A stretch of 64,000 nucleotides of DNA from an uncultured Corynebacterium sp. (GCA_946223355.1 CAMIPB010000006.1:15675-79674), one strand, 5' to 3'. Shown: positions 28,011 through 38,382, numbered from the stretch's first letter. The notes: a model not told the origin generated them from the letters alone. Made by a program: numbers and translations.

Positions 28011-29171
28011 ATGACTTTTGTGCCCCGAAGCCTTGAGCCGAACATCAAACAGTTGATGGAATGGTTTCCAGTAGTAAGTGTGACCGGGCCGCGGCAGTCC
28101 GGGAAATCAACGCTGCTCAAAGAAATGTTCCCCCAAGTCCCCTATGTGACCTTGGAGGATACGTCGCTGCGGGAGATAGTAGCTGAAGACCCAATTGGGT
28201 TCCTCAGGGCCAATGACAGCCCCTTCATCATTGATGAGGCACAGTATGTACCAGAGTTGTTCTCAGCCGTGCAGATTGTGTCAGACGAGAAAAACACGCC
28301 AGGACAGTACATCCTTTCTGGTTCGCAGAACTTTCTCCTGCTCAAAAGTATTACGCAATCCTTGGCAGGAAGGGTGGGGATTACGCACCTGTTGCCACTC
28401 GCCTTCAGTGAGGCAACAGCTGCGCAACCAGACATAGACGTCGAGAGCTTCATGATTCTGGGCGGCTATCCACGCATGTACAACGTCGATATTCCGCCCG
28501 CCGTGTACTTCGAGAACTACATCAACACCTATGTGGAACGAGACGTGACTGAGCTGTTAGGTGTGCGCGATGCCGTATCCTTTAGGAAATTCTTGGTTGC
28601 TTGCGCGACACAAGCCGGAAATCTAATCCAGTACTCAACCTTGGCAAATGAACTCGATGTCGATTTCAAGACCATCAAACGCTGGGTCTCGATCCTCGAA
28701 TCCAGTTTCGTTGTGTTCGAGCTTCCGGCGTACCACGCTAATGTGCGCAAGACATTGACGAAGACGCCTAAACTTTATTTCTACGACACCGGGTTACTGT
28801 GCCACTTGCTGGGGGTCAGAACTTTTAATGATTGGATAAAGAGCCCTTTTCGGGGAGCGATCTTCGAGAACTTGATAGTCGCCGAAACCGCGAAATGGCA
28901 CATACATGACGGGCGTAGGCCGGAGCTTTATTTCTACCGCGATGATTCGAAAAGAGAGATTGACCTGTTGAATTTTACCGAGGGCAGGCAGCAAGCGGTG
29001 GAAATAAAGGCTTCACCGAACTACGAACAGAAGCATGTCCGCCACTTAATCGCGGTATCCGAGGAGCTAGGTATCCAACCAGGGGATAGGCACGTAGTCT
29101 ACCGCGGGGACTACGCGTCCCAAACAGCGAATCACACCATAATCCCAGCGCGGAAATACCTCAGTTTCTAG
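28011..29171 (+). CDS. AAA+ superfamily ATPase (COG1373-type; AAA_14 + DUF4143)
   Basis: Walker A GPRQSGKST, hhhhDE Walker B FIIDEAQ, and a C-terminal DUF4143-like region. The track start 28002 is a TTG; the ATG at 28011 is preferred. Confidence 0.75.
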   Translation: MTFVPRSLEPNIKQLMEWFPVVSVTGPRQSGKSTLLKEMFPQVPYVTLEDTSLREIVAEDPIGFLRANDSPFIIDEAQYVPELFSAVQIVSDEKNTPGQYILSGSQNFLLLKSITQSLAGRVGITHLLPLAFSEATAAQPDIDVESFMILGGYPRMYNVDIPPAVYFENYINTYVERDVTELLGVRDAVSFRKFLVACATQAGNLIQYSTLANELDVDFKTIKRWVSILESSFVVFELPAYHANVRKTLTKTPKLYFYDTGLLCHLLGVRTFNDWIKSPFRGAIFENLIVAETAKWHIHDGRRPELYFYRDDSKREIDLLNFTEGRQQAVEIKASPNYEQKHVRHLIAVSEELGIQPGDRHVVYRGDYASQTANHTIIPARKYLSF

Positions 29172-30645
29172 AGCCACCTGCGTAAGGGTCCCGCACGCCG
29201 ATGTACTGCAGTGAGGTGTACTCATCGAGGCCCTCAGCACCACCCTCGCGGCCCATGCCGGATTGCTTGACGCCGCCGAATGGGGCAGCGGCGTTGGAGA
29301 TGACACCGGCGTTGAAGCCCATGAGGCCGAATTCGAGGCCGTCGCCAATGCGCCACATACGGTCAGAGTCCTCGGTGAACACATAGGACGCGAGGCCGTA
29401 CTCGGTGTCGTTGGCAATCTCAATGGCTTCGGCTTCATCCTTGAAGGTGATAATTGGAGCTATTGGGCCAAAGATTTCCTCCTGAGCCACCCGTGTTTCA
29501 CGTGAAACATTAGTCAAAACAGTCGGTTCATAAAAGTAGCCCTTGCCCTCAGAAGCCTTGCCGCCGATGAGGATATTGGCACCCTTGGCCACGGCGTCGT
29601 CGACAAGCGAGGAGACGTTGTCCAGGGCGTTCTGGTCGATGAGTGGACCGCAGGTGCTAGTTTCATCCATGCCGTTACCAAGCTTGAGCTCGCCGATGGC
29701 TTTGGCAAACTTCTGCGAGAACTCCTCAGCAACGGACTCGTGGACGATAAAACGGTTAGCAGCGGTGCAGGCCTCGCCGATGTTGCGCATCTTCGCGCCC
29801 ATGGCACCGGAGACAGCTTGGTCAATGTCGGCGTCCTCAAAAACAATGAACGGTGCGTTGCCGCCTAGTTCCATGGAGGTGCGCAAGACATTGTCCGCAG
29901 CGGCCTTGAGAAGTGTCTTGCCCACCGGGGTGGAGCCAGTAAATGAAACCTTGCGCAGGCGCGTATCCGCCATGATTGGACCAGAAATTGCGGAGGCGGA
30001 AGTTCCGGAAACTACGTTAAGCACGCCCTTTGGCAGGCCTGCATCAAGCATGGTTTGCGCAAAATATTGTGCAGTCAGCGGGGTGAGCTTCGCGGGTTTG
30101 AGCACCATGGTGCAGCCAGCGGCCACCGCAGGCGCGACCTTGCGGGTTGCCATAGCAAGAGGGAAGTTCCATGGCGTAATGAGAAGGCAAGGGCCAACAG
30201 GCTTGCGACGGGTAATCATGCGCAGCGTGCCCTCCGGAGCAGGAGCGGTACGGCCGTAGTCCCGCACGGCTTCTTCAGAAAACCAGCGAAGATACTCCGC
30301 GCCGTAGGTAACCTCACCGCGGGCCTCAGCCAGAGGCTTGCCCATTTCCAGAGTCATGAGGGTGGCAAAGTCTTCGGCGCGCTCGTGAACGAGCTCAAAG
30401 GCGCGGCGAAGAATCTCAGAACGCTCACGTGGGGAAACCTTGCCCCACTCGTCCTGGACAGCGCAGGCAGCATTCAGTGCCTGCAATGCTTCCTTCTCAC
30501 CGCCGGAAGCTAGAGTAGCCAGCACTTCGCCGGTGGCTGGGTTCTCAACGTCAAAAGTTGCGCCATCGGCAGCGTCCACCCAGCTATCACCGATAAGAAG
30601 CCCGGTGGGAACTTTTGCAAGTACCTCAGAAATATTTGCAGTCAT
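29161..30645 (-). CDS. gabD: Succinate-semialdehyde dehydrogenase-type NAD(P)+ aldehyde dehydrogenase (GabD-like)
   Basis: 494 aa ALDH with MELGGNAPFIVF and an EACTAANR catalytic Cys region. It sits at the distal end of the hpa cluster, where succinic semialdehyde is produced. Confidence 0.75.
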   Translation of the reverse strand: MTANISEVLAKVPTGLLIGDSWVDAADGATFDVENPATGEVLATLASGGEKEALQALNAACAVQDEWGKVSPRERSEILRRAFELVHERAEDFATLMTLEMGKPLAEARGEVTYGAEYLRWFSEEAVRDYGRTAPAPEGTLRMITRRKPVGPCLLITPWNFPLAMATRKVAPAVAAGCTMVLKPAKLTPLTAQYFAQTMLDAGLPKGVLNVVSGTSASAISGPIMADTRLRKVSFTGSTPVGKTLLKAAADNVLRTSMELGGNAPFIVFEDADIDQAVSGAMGAKMRNIGEACTAANRFIVHESVAEEFSQKFAKAIGELKLGNGMDETSTCGPLIDQNALDNVSSLVDDAVAKGANILIGGKASEGKGYFYEPTVLTNVSRETRVAQEEIFGPIAPIITFKDEAEAIEIANDTEYGLASYVFTEDSDRMWRIGDGLEFGLMGFNAGVISNAAAPFGGVKQSGMGREGGAEGLDEYTSLQYIGVRDPYAGGSRN

Positions 30646-30654
30646 GATCCGTCC

Positions 30655-31422
30655 TTAATCTGTCTTGAACTCTTCCGCCAGGTTACGCGCGCTCGTCGCG
30701 AGAAGCTGCACATCGGCGCCTACCAGGATAAACTCCGCACCAGCGTCGAGGTAGGCCCGCGCTTGGTCCCTATTAAAAGCATTCACGCCGACGGGCACAC
30801 CAGCTTTGATCGCGGCCTGCATAGCCTTATCGACGGCCGCGAGCACGTCCGGGTGCTGCTGTTGGCCAATCAGCCCCATGGATGCTGCGAGATCAGATGG
30901 TCCAATAAACACTGCATCAACACCCTCAGTGGCAACGATTGCTCCTGCGTTGTCGACGGCCTGCTGAGACTCGATCTGGACGATGAGATTGACTGTGTCC
31001 TCGGCATTATGAAGATAGTCCGGCACGCCATTCCAGCGCGAAGAACGAGCAAGTGCACTGCCGACGCCGCGTACGCCTTTTGGTGGGTAGTACATAGCGG
31101 CCACAGCGGCGGCTGCTTCCTCAGCGGTACCAACCATTGGGATCATCAAGTTTTGCGCACCCAGGTCAAGGTACTGCTTGATAAGTGCGGTGTCGTTGAC
31201 AGGCAAGCGCACGACCTGAGTGACGGGGTAGGCGTCCGTCGCGCGAAGCAAAGACGTGACGGTTTCCAGTCCGTAAGGGGAGTGCTCGGCGTCGATAAGC
31301 ACCCACTCGAAACCGGAAGAACCCGCAATCTCCGCAGCGACAGGGGACCCGGAACAGATCCACATGCCAGCGCAAGGCTTGGCTTGCGTGAATGTTTTGG
31401 GCAGCTCTACTTGAAACGGCAT
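30655..31422 (-). CDS. hpaI: 2,4-dihydroxyhept-2-ene-1,7-dioate aldolase (HpcH/HpaI family)
   Basis: HpcH/HpaI aldolase fold, within the hpa gene context. Confidence 0.8.
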   Translation of the reverse strand: MPFQVELPKTFTQAKPCAGMWICSGSPVAAEIAGSSGFEWVLIDAEHSPYGLETVTSLLRATDAYPVTQVVRLPVNDTALIKQYLDLGAQNLMIPMVGTAEEAAAAVAAMYYPPKGVRGVGSALARSSRWNGVPDYLHNAEDTVNLIVQIESQQAVDNAGAIVATEGVDAVFIGPSDLAASMGLIGQQQHPDVLAAVDKAMQAAIKAGVPVGVNAFNRDQARAYLDAGAEFILVGADVQLLATSARNLAEEFKTD

Positions 31423-32192
31423 GTAATTGCTCCTAGCTCGCCATAATCAGCGTGGACAGTGTCACCCGGGTGAACCCACATAGGCTTGGTGAAGGAACCG
31501 GCGAGAATGATGTCACCCGGACTTAGTACCTCGCCATGAGCGTGTAACTTGTTGGCTAGCCACGCCACACCCATTGCCGGATGATTGAGAACTGCGGCAG
31601 CAACACCCGTATCCTCAATAGTTTCGTTGCGATACAGCAGGGCGGAGACCCAACGCAAATCAACCGCGTCAGGTGCAACGGGGTTACCTCCGTAAACCAT
31701 CGCGCCCAAGGCTGCGTTATCAGCAATGGTATCCACGATGGTTCGGCCTTCCATCTCCACGCGGGACGAAAGGATTTCCAGTGCTGGGACAACGTATTCG
31801 GTTGCTTTGAGGACGTCGAAGATGGTGGCATTCGGCCCCTCGACCTTGTCTTTGAGGACGAATGCCAATTCCACCTCAATACGCACGTTGGAGAACTGGC
31901 TGGAATCGATCTCAGAGCCGTTCTCAAAGACCTGATCCGCGAAGATGGCTCCATAATCTGGCTCGGTGATACCCGTTGCCTCTTGCATGACCTTGGAGGT
32001 CAGCCCGATTTTCCTACCGACAAGCCGGCGTCCAGATTCGATTCCTCGCTTTACCCACTCGCCCTGAACTGCGTAGGAATCCTCCACAGTCATTTCCGGA
32101 AAGCGCGCGGTGAGGCGGGGAATCATGGTTCGGTTTTCTTCGGCCTTGGCCAGTTCATCAGCGATGGTTATCCGCTGTTCGTTGTCCAACAT
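31407..32192 (-). CDS. hpaH: 2-oxo-hept-4-ene-1,7-dioate hydratase (HpaH/HpcG, MhpD-like hydratase family)
   Basis: 261 aa hydratase-family protein between hpaI and hpaD. Its stop overlaps the hpaI start. Confidence 0.75.
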   Translation of the reverse strand: MLDNEQRITIADELAKAEENRTMIPRLTARFPEMTVEDSYAVQGEWVKRGIESGRRLVGRKIGLTSKVMQEATGITEPDYGAIFADQVFENGSEIDSSQFSNVRIEVELAFVLKDKVEGPNATIFDVLKATEYVVPALEILSSRVEMEGRTIVDTIADNAALGAMVYGGNPVAPDAVDLRWVSALLYRNETIEDTGVAAAVLNHPAMGVAWLANKLHAHGEVLSPGDIILAGSFTKPMWVHPGDTVHADYGELGAITCRFK

Positions 32193-32244
32193 GTGGTTCT
32201 CCTTGCTGATTGGTTTTTCAATGTTTCACGTGAAACTTTGAGTC

Positions 32245-33306
32245 TTAAAGCTGGTTACCCAACTTGTATTCGCCCTTCTTCCAATCCGGCATCTCTTCAC
32301 CCTTGCGGGAATAAGAGAATCCGTCAGCGCCGATTGTTTCCTCCATCTCGGAAGCATCGGTGCGAGACACCAAAGGAACAAGGTTGCCGTCAAGGTCGAG
32401 GACGCGGGAACCATCGGTGTACCAGGAAGGTACAACCGGGGTGCCCCACCAGTCACGACGCTGGTTGTCGTGAACATCCCAGCTCACAACGGGGTTGTCG
32501 GGGTCTCCGGTGTAGTAGTCCTGGGTGTAGATTTCCACACGGTGGCCGTCCGGGTCACGGAGGTAAAGGTAATAAGCATTGGACACACCGTGGCGGCCTG
32601 GACCACGCTCGATAGCATCAGACTGGCGCAGGGCACCCAGCTTGTCGCAAATCGCGATGATGTTGTGCTTCTCATGGGTAGCAAACGCGATGTGGTGCAT
32701 GCGTGGGCCGTCACCGCCGGTCATGGCGGTGTCATGCACAGTGGGCTTGCGACGCATCCATGCGGCATACACAGTGCCTTCTTCATCGCGAATGTCCTCG
32801 GTGACACGGAAGCCTAAGTCCTCCATGTAGTCCACTGCCTTTGGCACGTCCGGGGTGATCTGGTTGAAGTGATCCAAGCGCACCAATGCACCCGGAATGT
32901 GGGCGTCATAGCTCCATGCAAGGCGCTTTTTGTGCTCAACCTCGTAGAAGAATTCATATGGGAATCCAAGCGGATCCTGAACGCGCACGGAGTCACCGAT
33001 ACCCTTGACAAAGCCGTTCTTGTTGCGACGAACCTCGCAGCCGCGGGCGGAGTAAAATTCTTCTACCTTGTCCAGCTCCTCAGGGGAGCGGACGCGGAAG
33101 GAAAACGCTGCCACAGCCGCGGTGTCGCCTTTACGGAGAACCAAGTTGTGGTGGATGAACTCCTCGTATGTACGAAGGTAAATCGCATCCTCGTCCTCAG
33201 CAGTGACAACAAGGCCAAGGGTATCAACGTAGAACTCACGAGACTTGGCCAAGTCCGTGACGACGATCTCCATGTATGCACAGCGCAAAATATCTGGGGT
33301 GGTCAT
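32245..33306 (-). CDS. hpaD: 3,4-dihydroxyphenylacetate (homoprotocatechuate) 2,3-dioxygenase, type I extradiol dioxygenase
   Basis: 353 aa with two VOC/glyoxalase-like modules. The N-terminus (MEIVVTDLAKSREFYVDTLGL) is typical of catechol 2,3-dioxygenases. Confidence 0.8.
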   Translation of the reverse strand: MTTPDILRCAYMEIVVTDLAKSREFYVDTLGLVVTAEDEDAIYLRTYEEFIHHNLVLRKGDTAAVAAFSFRVRSPEELDKVEEFYSARGCEVRRNKNGFVKGIGDSVRVQDPLGFPYEFFYEVEHKKRLAWSYDAHIPGALVRLDHFNQITPDVPKAVDYMEDLGFRVTEDIRDEEGTVYAAWMRRKPTVHDTAMTGGDGPRMHHIAFATHEKHNIIAICDKLGALRQSDAIERGPGRHGVSNAYYLYLRDPDGHRVEIYTQDYYTGDPDNPVVSWDVHDNQRRDWWGTPVVPSWYTDGSRVLDLDGNLVPLVSRTDASEMEETIGADGFSYSRKGEEMPDWKKGEYKLGNQL

Positions 33307-33333
33307 GGGGACTCCTTTTAAGTTATGGGAATT

Positions 33334-34836
33334 TTAGGACTGCTTGCCAAAGACTGGGTTATGTACCTCGCCCAGGTTGATGTGGACAGCTTGCTGGTCG
33401 GTGTAGAAATCGATGGAGCGGTAGCCGCCCTCATGGCCAAGACCGGATGCCTTCACGCCGCCAAATGGGGTACGGAGATCTCGGACGTTGTTGGAGTTAA
33501 GCCACACCATTCCAGCCTCAACGTTTTGTGCGAAGTTATGGGCACGCTTCAAGTCCGCAGTCCACACGTATGCAGCCAAGCCGTACTTGGTGTTGTTTGC
33601 CAGCTCCAAGGCTTCCTCCTCGGTGTCAAACGGCGTGATGGCAACAACAGGCCCAAAGATCTCCTCCTGGAAGATGCGCGCATCTGGCTTCACATCAACG
33701 AACACGGTTGGCTGCACAAAATTACCCTCTGGGAAGCCTTCTGGGCGCTCGCCGCCGGCAGCAAGAGTAGCCTCCTGCTTGCCGATCTCGATGTAGGAGG
33801 TCACCTTGTCATAGTGCTCAGGGTGAACCAGTGCGCCAACCTCGGTCGTTGGATCTGAAGGTAGGCCAACCTTCACGCGCTTGGCCTGTTCGGTGTAGCG
33901 CTTAACAAACTCGTCGTAAATGCCACGCTGCACCAAGATGCGGGAGCCGGCGGTGCAACGCTCACCGTTGAGCGAGAACACTCCGAAAATACACGCATCA
34001 ATCGCGGTCTCAAGATCTGCATCTTCGAAAACAATGGCAGGGGATTTGCCACCGAGCTCCATAGACAAGCCCTTGAGGTACGGTGCTGCGTTGCCAAAGA
34101 TAATCTGGCCAGTGCGTGACTCACCAGTGAAAGAAATAAGAGGGACATCTGGGTGCTTAACCAGCGGGTCACCGGCGAATCCTTCTTCACCGAAACCGTT
34201 AACCAGGTTAAATACTCCCTTAGGCAGACCAGCTTCCTCGAAAATTCCGGCCCACAGCTGAGCGGAAAGTGGAGTAAACTCGGCTGGCTTTAACACCACG
34301 GAGTTACCAGTGGCAATGGCCGGAGCCAATTTCCAGGACTCCAGCATGAATGGGGTATTCCATGGGGTGATAAGACCGGCTACGCCAATTGGCTTACGGT
34401 TGACGTAGTTTATCTGGCGCCCAGGAACCTTAAATGCATCATCCGCCTGTGCCACAATGAGATCCGCAAAGAAACGGAAGTTCTCTGCGGCACGTTTTGC
34501 CTGACCCTTAGCCTGAGTAATTGGAAGGCCGGAGTCGAAGGACTCCCACTGCGCTAGAACCTCATGGCGGGTTTCAACGGTATCTGCAATCTTGTTGAGT
34601 ACGCGAGCACGCTCACGAGGCAACATCTTTGCCCACGGTCCGTTTTCAAATGCGTCCTTTGCTGCGGCAACCGCTTTGTCGATATCAGCTGGCTTACCGG
34701 AGGCAGCTTGGATATACGGCTGGTTGGTGGCTGGATCGAGGACGTCAAAGAACTCGCCGTCGGTGGATGGGACAAATTCGCCGTTGATGTAGTGAAGAAT
34801 CTTCTCCGGAAGGTCGTGTGGTTTAGCGTTGTTCAT
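33334..34836 (-). CDS. hpaE: 5-carboxymethyl-2-hydroxymuconate semialdehyde dehydrogenase
   Basis: 500-aa ALDH with MELGGKSPAIVF and a GERCTAGSR catalytic Cys region. Adjacent to hpaD. Confidence 0.8.
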   Translation of the reverse strand: MNNAKPHDLPEKILHYINGEFVPSTDGEFFDVLDPATNQPYIQAASGKPADIDKAVAAAKDAFENGPWAKMLPRERARVLNKIADTVETRHEVLAQWESFDSGLPITQAKGQAKRAAENFRFFADLIVAQADDAFKVPGRQINYVNRKPIGVAGLITPWNTPFMLESWKLAPAIATGNSVVLKPAEFTPLSAQLWAGIFEEAGLPKGVFNLVNGFGEEGFAGDPLVKHPDVPLISFTGESRTGQIIFGNAAPYLKGLSMELGGKSPAIVFEDADLETAIDACIFGVFSLNGERCTAGSRILVQRGIYDEFVKRYTEQAKRVKVGLPSDPTTEVGALVHPEHYDKVTSYIEIGKQEATLAAGGERPEGFPEGNFVQPTVFVDVKPDARIFQEEIFGPVVAITPFDTEEEALELANNTKYGLAAYVWTADLKRAHNFAQNVEAGMVWLNSNNVRDLRTPFGGVKASGLGHEGGYRSIDFYTDQQAVHINLGEVHNPVFGKQS

Positions 34837-35503
34837 TGGTTTCTCCTTGATGTTGTAGTTCTAGCTGTTTGCGGTAGCTTGCCGACGTCGCAAGCCTGTG
34901 CCTACGCGCCATTTTCTCGATGTAGTCCTGGTCTGCGGAGGCAGAAATCAGATTGACCAGTTGCTCATGCTCGGCAATTGATTGCTGCGCTCGTTCAGGG
35001 ACGTAACGAAACGTTGATACGCGGTGATACTCCAGCTGCTCCCATTCTGTGAGCAGAAGGTCTTTGAGCCGCTTGTTGGGGCACTTGTAAAAAAGTGCGG
35101 TGTGAAACTCTTTATTCAGTTCAGTAAAAGCAACTGGGTCAAAATCTTGGATGAGTTGCTTCATTTGTTGGTTAATGTCCTGGGCAGTGTGCAGATCCTC
35201 GACCGAAAGAATAGGTGCTGAGAGTGCAGTCGCCTGGCCTTCGAGAAGTGCGACGGTCTCCATTGCTTCGAAATATGCGTCGCGGTTGTGGGTGGTAACT
35301 TTCGCTCCAATATTTCTTTCAAAGGTGACCAAGCCTTCAGCCTCGAGTTGCCGGATAGCTTCTCGAACCGGAACAACAGAAACGTCTAGTTCTTCTGCAA
35401 TCTGTGAGAGCACCAGCCGGTGTCCCGGCTCATATTCCCTGGTTCGAATCTTCTCCCGTAGCCACTCGTAGGACTTTTCTGCTTTAGAGGGAACGTCACT
35501 CAC
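34823..35503 (-). CDS. GntR-family transcriptional regulator (FadR/FCD subfamily)
   Basis: N-terminal wHTH (LSQIAEELDVSVVPVREAIRQLEAEGLV) and a C-terminal FCD domain. Embedded in the hpa operon. Confidence 0.8.
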   Translation of the reverse strand: MSDVPSKAEKSYEWLREKIRTREYEPGHRLVLSQIAEELDVSVVPVREAIRQLEAEGLVTFERNIGAKVTTHNRDAYFEAMETVALLEGQATALSAPILSVEDLHTAQDINQQMKQLIQDFDPVAFTELNKEFHTALFYKCPNKRLKDLLLTEWEQLEYHRVSTFRYVPERAQQSIAEHEQLVNLISASADQDYIEKMARRHRLATSASYRKQLELQHQGETNEQR

Positions 35504-36905
35504 CCCCTTTAGTCTGGTTGTACGCTTCGCGATTCGCGCCGGTAGGAGGGAATAGGCCGTCTAAGCTGCCGCCTTTTCCAACCTGTAGAGCCACCCATTC
35601 GTCTTCGTGCTCCTTAGCGAGGGCATCATCTACCACTTCTTCAGCGATATCGAAAGGGATCACCACAACGCCGTCATCATCGCCCACAATGATGTCTCCT
35701 GGGACGACTGCCGCGTTGCCACATGCAATCGCAATGTCTGCATCCCAAGGAACATTCTTGCGGCCGAGGACGCAAGGGTGCGGCCCCTGGGTGAACACAG
35801 GTAAGCCAATCTCTTTCACTGCCTCATAGTCACGGACAGCGCCATCAGTTACTACTCCCGCTGCACCGCGAGTTTTAGCACGTAACGCGAGAATGTCACC
35901 TAGTGTTCCTGCATTGCGTTCACCGCGCGCTTCAATCACGATTACCTCATCTGGCTTAACGGAATCAAACACCTGCTTCTGCTTATTGAATCCGCCGCCA
36001 TGAGTCTTAAAGAGGTCTTCTCGCAGTGGTAAGAAGCGCAACGTTCGTGCACGGCCAACCATTTTTGTGCCGATGGACTGCGGGAAGACGCCCTCAATCA
36101 CACACTGCTTGATCCCACGCTTCATCAACTGCGCAGAAATACCTGCCGTTGGAGCCTTGAGAAGCTTGTCCTTAAGTTCTGGGGATAGCCCATCATCGGA
36201 GTACCCATATGCATCAGCCTTTTGCTTGTCATCAACTTTGGGCATCATGCCAATATCTGGGTTAAAGTCACCAGGACCTTCCACGACCTTGGTGGTCAGC
36301 TTTCCGGAAGAAGGCCCACCCGGCACATCCACTTCAACTTCCACCACATCGCCCGGAACGATGACTGTAGAACCAGCTGGTGTTCCCGTAAGGATGATGT
36401 CACCAGGCTCCAGCGTCATGTGTTGCGATAAATCAGCAACAAATTGGGAGAGTGGAAAAATCAGCGACTCGTCTGAAGTGTCACCTTCCTGAACTAGCTC
36501 ACCGTTAACCCAAGTCCGAATTCGTAAACCTTTCGGATCGACTTCGCGGGCGTCGAGCAGCTCCGGACCCACTGGCGTAAAACCGTCACGTGACTTTGAA
36601 CGGGTGTTACTACCCTTGTCCTGCGCGCGATAGTCATAAAGGCCCAAATCGTTTGACGCGGTGACATGGGACACATAATCCCACGCCTCCTCTAATGGGA
36701 CATTCCGCGCCTGCTTGCCAACAACCAAAGCAATCTCGCCCTCGAAAGCGAGCAACTCCGTTCCGGCCGGGCGGACAACCTCGCCTGAACCGGTGAGCGA
36801 GCTCGGCGCTTTCATGAAATAAGACGGCATCTTTGGACGTCGGCCACGTTGCGCTGCACGCGACTCGAAAGCCACGTGCACCGCGATAATTTTTCCTGGC
36901 TGCAC
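35496..36905 (-). CDS. hpaG: Fusion protein: N-terminal fumarylacetoacetate-hydrolase-family domain (HpaG-like isomerase/decarboxylase) and C-terminal RraA-like (class II aldolase/decarboxylase) domain
   Basis: Residues 1–200 show the FAH fold (AFEGEIALVVGK...DIILTGTPAG). Residues 270–469 show the RraA/MenG-like fold (GTLGDILALRAKTRGAAGVVTDGAVRD). Confidence 0.65.
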   Translation of the reverse strand: MQPGKIIAVHVAFESRAAQRGRRPKMPSYFMKAPSSLTGSGEVVRPAGTELLAFEGEIALVVGKQARNVPLEEAWDYVSHVTASNDLGLYDYRAQDKGSNTRSKSRDGFTPVGPELLDAREVDPKGLRIRTWVNGELVQEGDTSDESLIFPLSQFVADLSQHMTLEPGDIILTGTPAGSTVIVPGDVVEVEVDVPGGPSSGKLTTKVVEGPGDFNPDIGMMPKVDDKQKADAYGYSDDGLSPELKDKLLKAPTAGISAQLMKRGIKQCVIEGVFPQSIGTKMVGRARTLRFLPLREDLFKTHGGGFNKQKQVFDSVKPDEVIVIEARGERNAGTLGDILALRAKTRGAAGVVTDGAVRDYEAVKEIGLPVFTQGPHPCVLGRKNVPWDADIAIACGNAAVVPGDIIVGDDDGVVVIPFDIAEEVVDDALAKEHEDEWVALQVGKGGSLDGLFPPTGANREAYNQTKGGE

Positions 36906-37044
36906 TGGAACTCCTTTAAAAAATAGGGGAATTTGCCAAAAACCTGACCATATCGTATATGATTCCCCCTAACCCTGCAAGTGGTTCAGTTCACATTGGC
37001 CGCCTAAGATTGTCGCAGGCCATAAAACAGGAAGGAAGCATGTA

Positions 37045-38382
37045 GTGGATATTTCCATTAGAGAGCGCCGACGTGTCGTTGCAGCAACAACCATCGGCAC
37101 AGCCATTGAGTGGTATGACTATTTTCTTTACGCCGCCGTCGCAGGGCTTGTCTTTAACAAGCTCATGTTCGGACCGCTCGACGCAGGTCTGGCCACTATC
37201 GTGTCTTTCCTATCCGTCGGTTTGTCATTTCTTTTTCGTCCCTTAGGCGCGTTTCTTGCAGGCCACTACGGTGACAAGTACGGTCGACGCGTCATCTTGA
37301 TGGTTACGTTGTTCGCCATGGGTGGAGCGACCACCCTAATCGGTCTCTTGCCTTCCTTCGAAACAGCCGGTGTATGGGCGCCCATCATGCTCATTGTCCT
37401 ACGCATCATCCAAGGAATCTCTGCAGGCGGGGAATGGGGCGGTGCAGTTCTTCTAGCCGTAGAACATGCGCCGAAGAACAAACGTGGACTTTATGGTGCA
37501 GGTCCACAAATTGGCGTACCTGTTGGTCTTCTACTCTCTTCTGGCGTGCTGGCGATTATGGACAAGGTTGCGCCAGGCGACGCCTTCATGGAGTGGGGAT
37601 GGCGTATTCCATTCCTGTTCTCCATTGTGCTCGTAATCGTAGGTTATGTAATCCGCATCGGCGTTGATGAATCCCCAGTCTTTGAAGAACTCGCAGACAA
37701 AAAGGAAGAAGAAGCTACTAACCCCCTTGGAAGACTGTTCAAACGCCATTTCCCATTGGTATTTACCGCGGCTCTAGTGTTCGCCGGAAACGGAACAGTA
37801 GGGTATATGACCACAGGGGGATACATCCAGAACTACACCACAAACCCAGAGGGCTTAGCGTTTGACCGAGGCGACATCTTAACTGCGGTCACCATTTCCG
37901 CAGCAACATGGATGCTTTTCACCTTGTTTGCCGGCTTCATCTCTGACTTTATCGGGCGACGCATGACCTACCTCGTCGGATTTATCGCCCAAGCAATATC
38001 AGCCGCGATGCTCTTCCCTTTGCTTAACACCGGAGAGCTGATCATGGTCTACGCAGCACTGCTTCCACTTACATTCGGGCTAGGCATGACATACGGCGCA
38101 CAATCCGCGATGTACGCCGAGCTCTTTCCAGCAGCAATCCGAACGTCTGGGGTATCCATTTCCTACGCGTTGGGATCCATATTGGGCGGCGCATTCGCAC
38201 CCATGATTGCAGCAGCACTGGTAGACGCGACGGGATCTACCTTTGCAGTATCTGGATACCTTGTGACCGCATCGCTTGTCGGCTTCATCTGCGCTTTCAT
38301 ACTGCGTGAAACAAAGGGACGAGACCTTTCACCGCAGGCTCAACCAGAAAGCCCTTTCATTTTCGGCCAAAAACACTTGTAG
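37045..38382 (+). CDS. MFS transporter, metabolite:H+ symporter (MHS) family; probable aromatic-acid permease for the hpa cluster
   Basis: 12 TM segments and an MHS/sugar-transporter signature region. It lies divergent from the hpa operon. Confidence 0.8.
   Translation: MDISIRERRRVVAATTIGTAIEWYDYFLYAAVAGLVFNKLMFGPLDAGLATIVSFLSVGLSFLFRPLGAFLAGHYGDKYGRRVILMVTLFAMGGATTLIGLLPSFETAGVWAPIMLIVLRIIQGISAGGEWGGAVLLAVEHAPKNKRGLYGAGPQIGVPVGLLLSSGVLAIMDKVAPGDAFMEWGWRIPFLFSIVLVIVGYVIRIGVDESPVFEELADKKEEEATNPLGRLFKRHFPLVFTAALVFAGNGTVGYMTTGGYIQNYTTNPEGLAFDRGDILTAVTISAATWMLFTLFAGFISDFIGRRMTYLVGFIAQAISAAMLFPLLNTGELIMVYAALLPLTFGLGMTYGAQSAMYAELFPAAIRTSGVSISYALGSILGGAFAPMIAAALVDATGSTFAVSGYLVTASLVGFICAFILRETKGRDLSPQAQPESPFIFGQKHL

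Noticed and set aside
35395-35415. GGTTCGAATC, a tRNA T-arm-like string
   Set aside because: It lies inside the GntR regulator CDS with no acceptor or anticodon stems around it. No tRNA or rRNA gene could be supported anywhere in the window.
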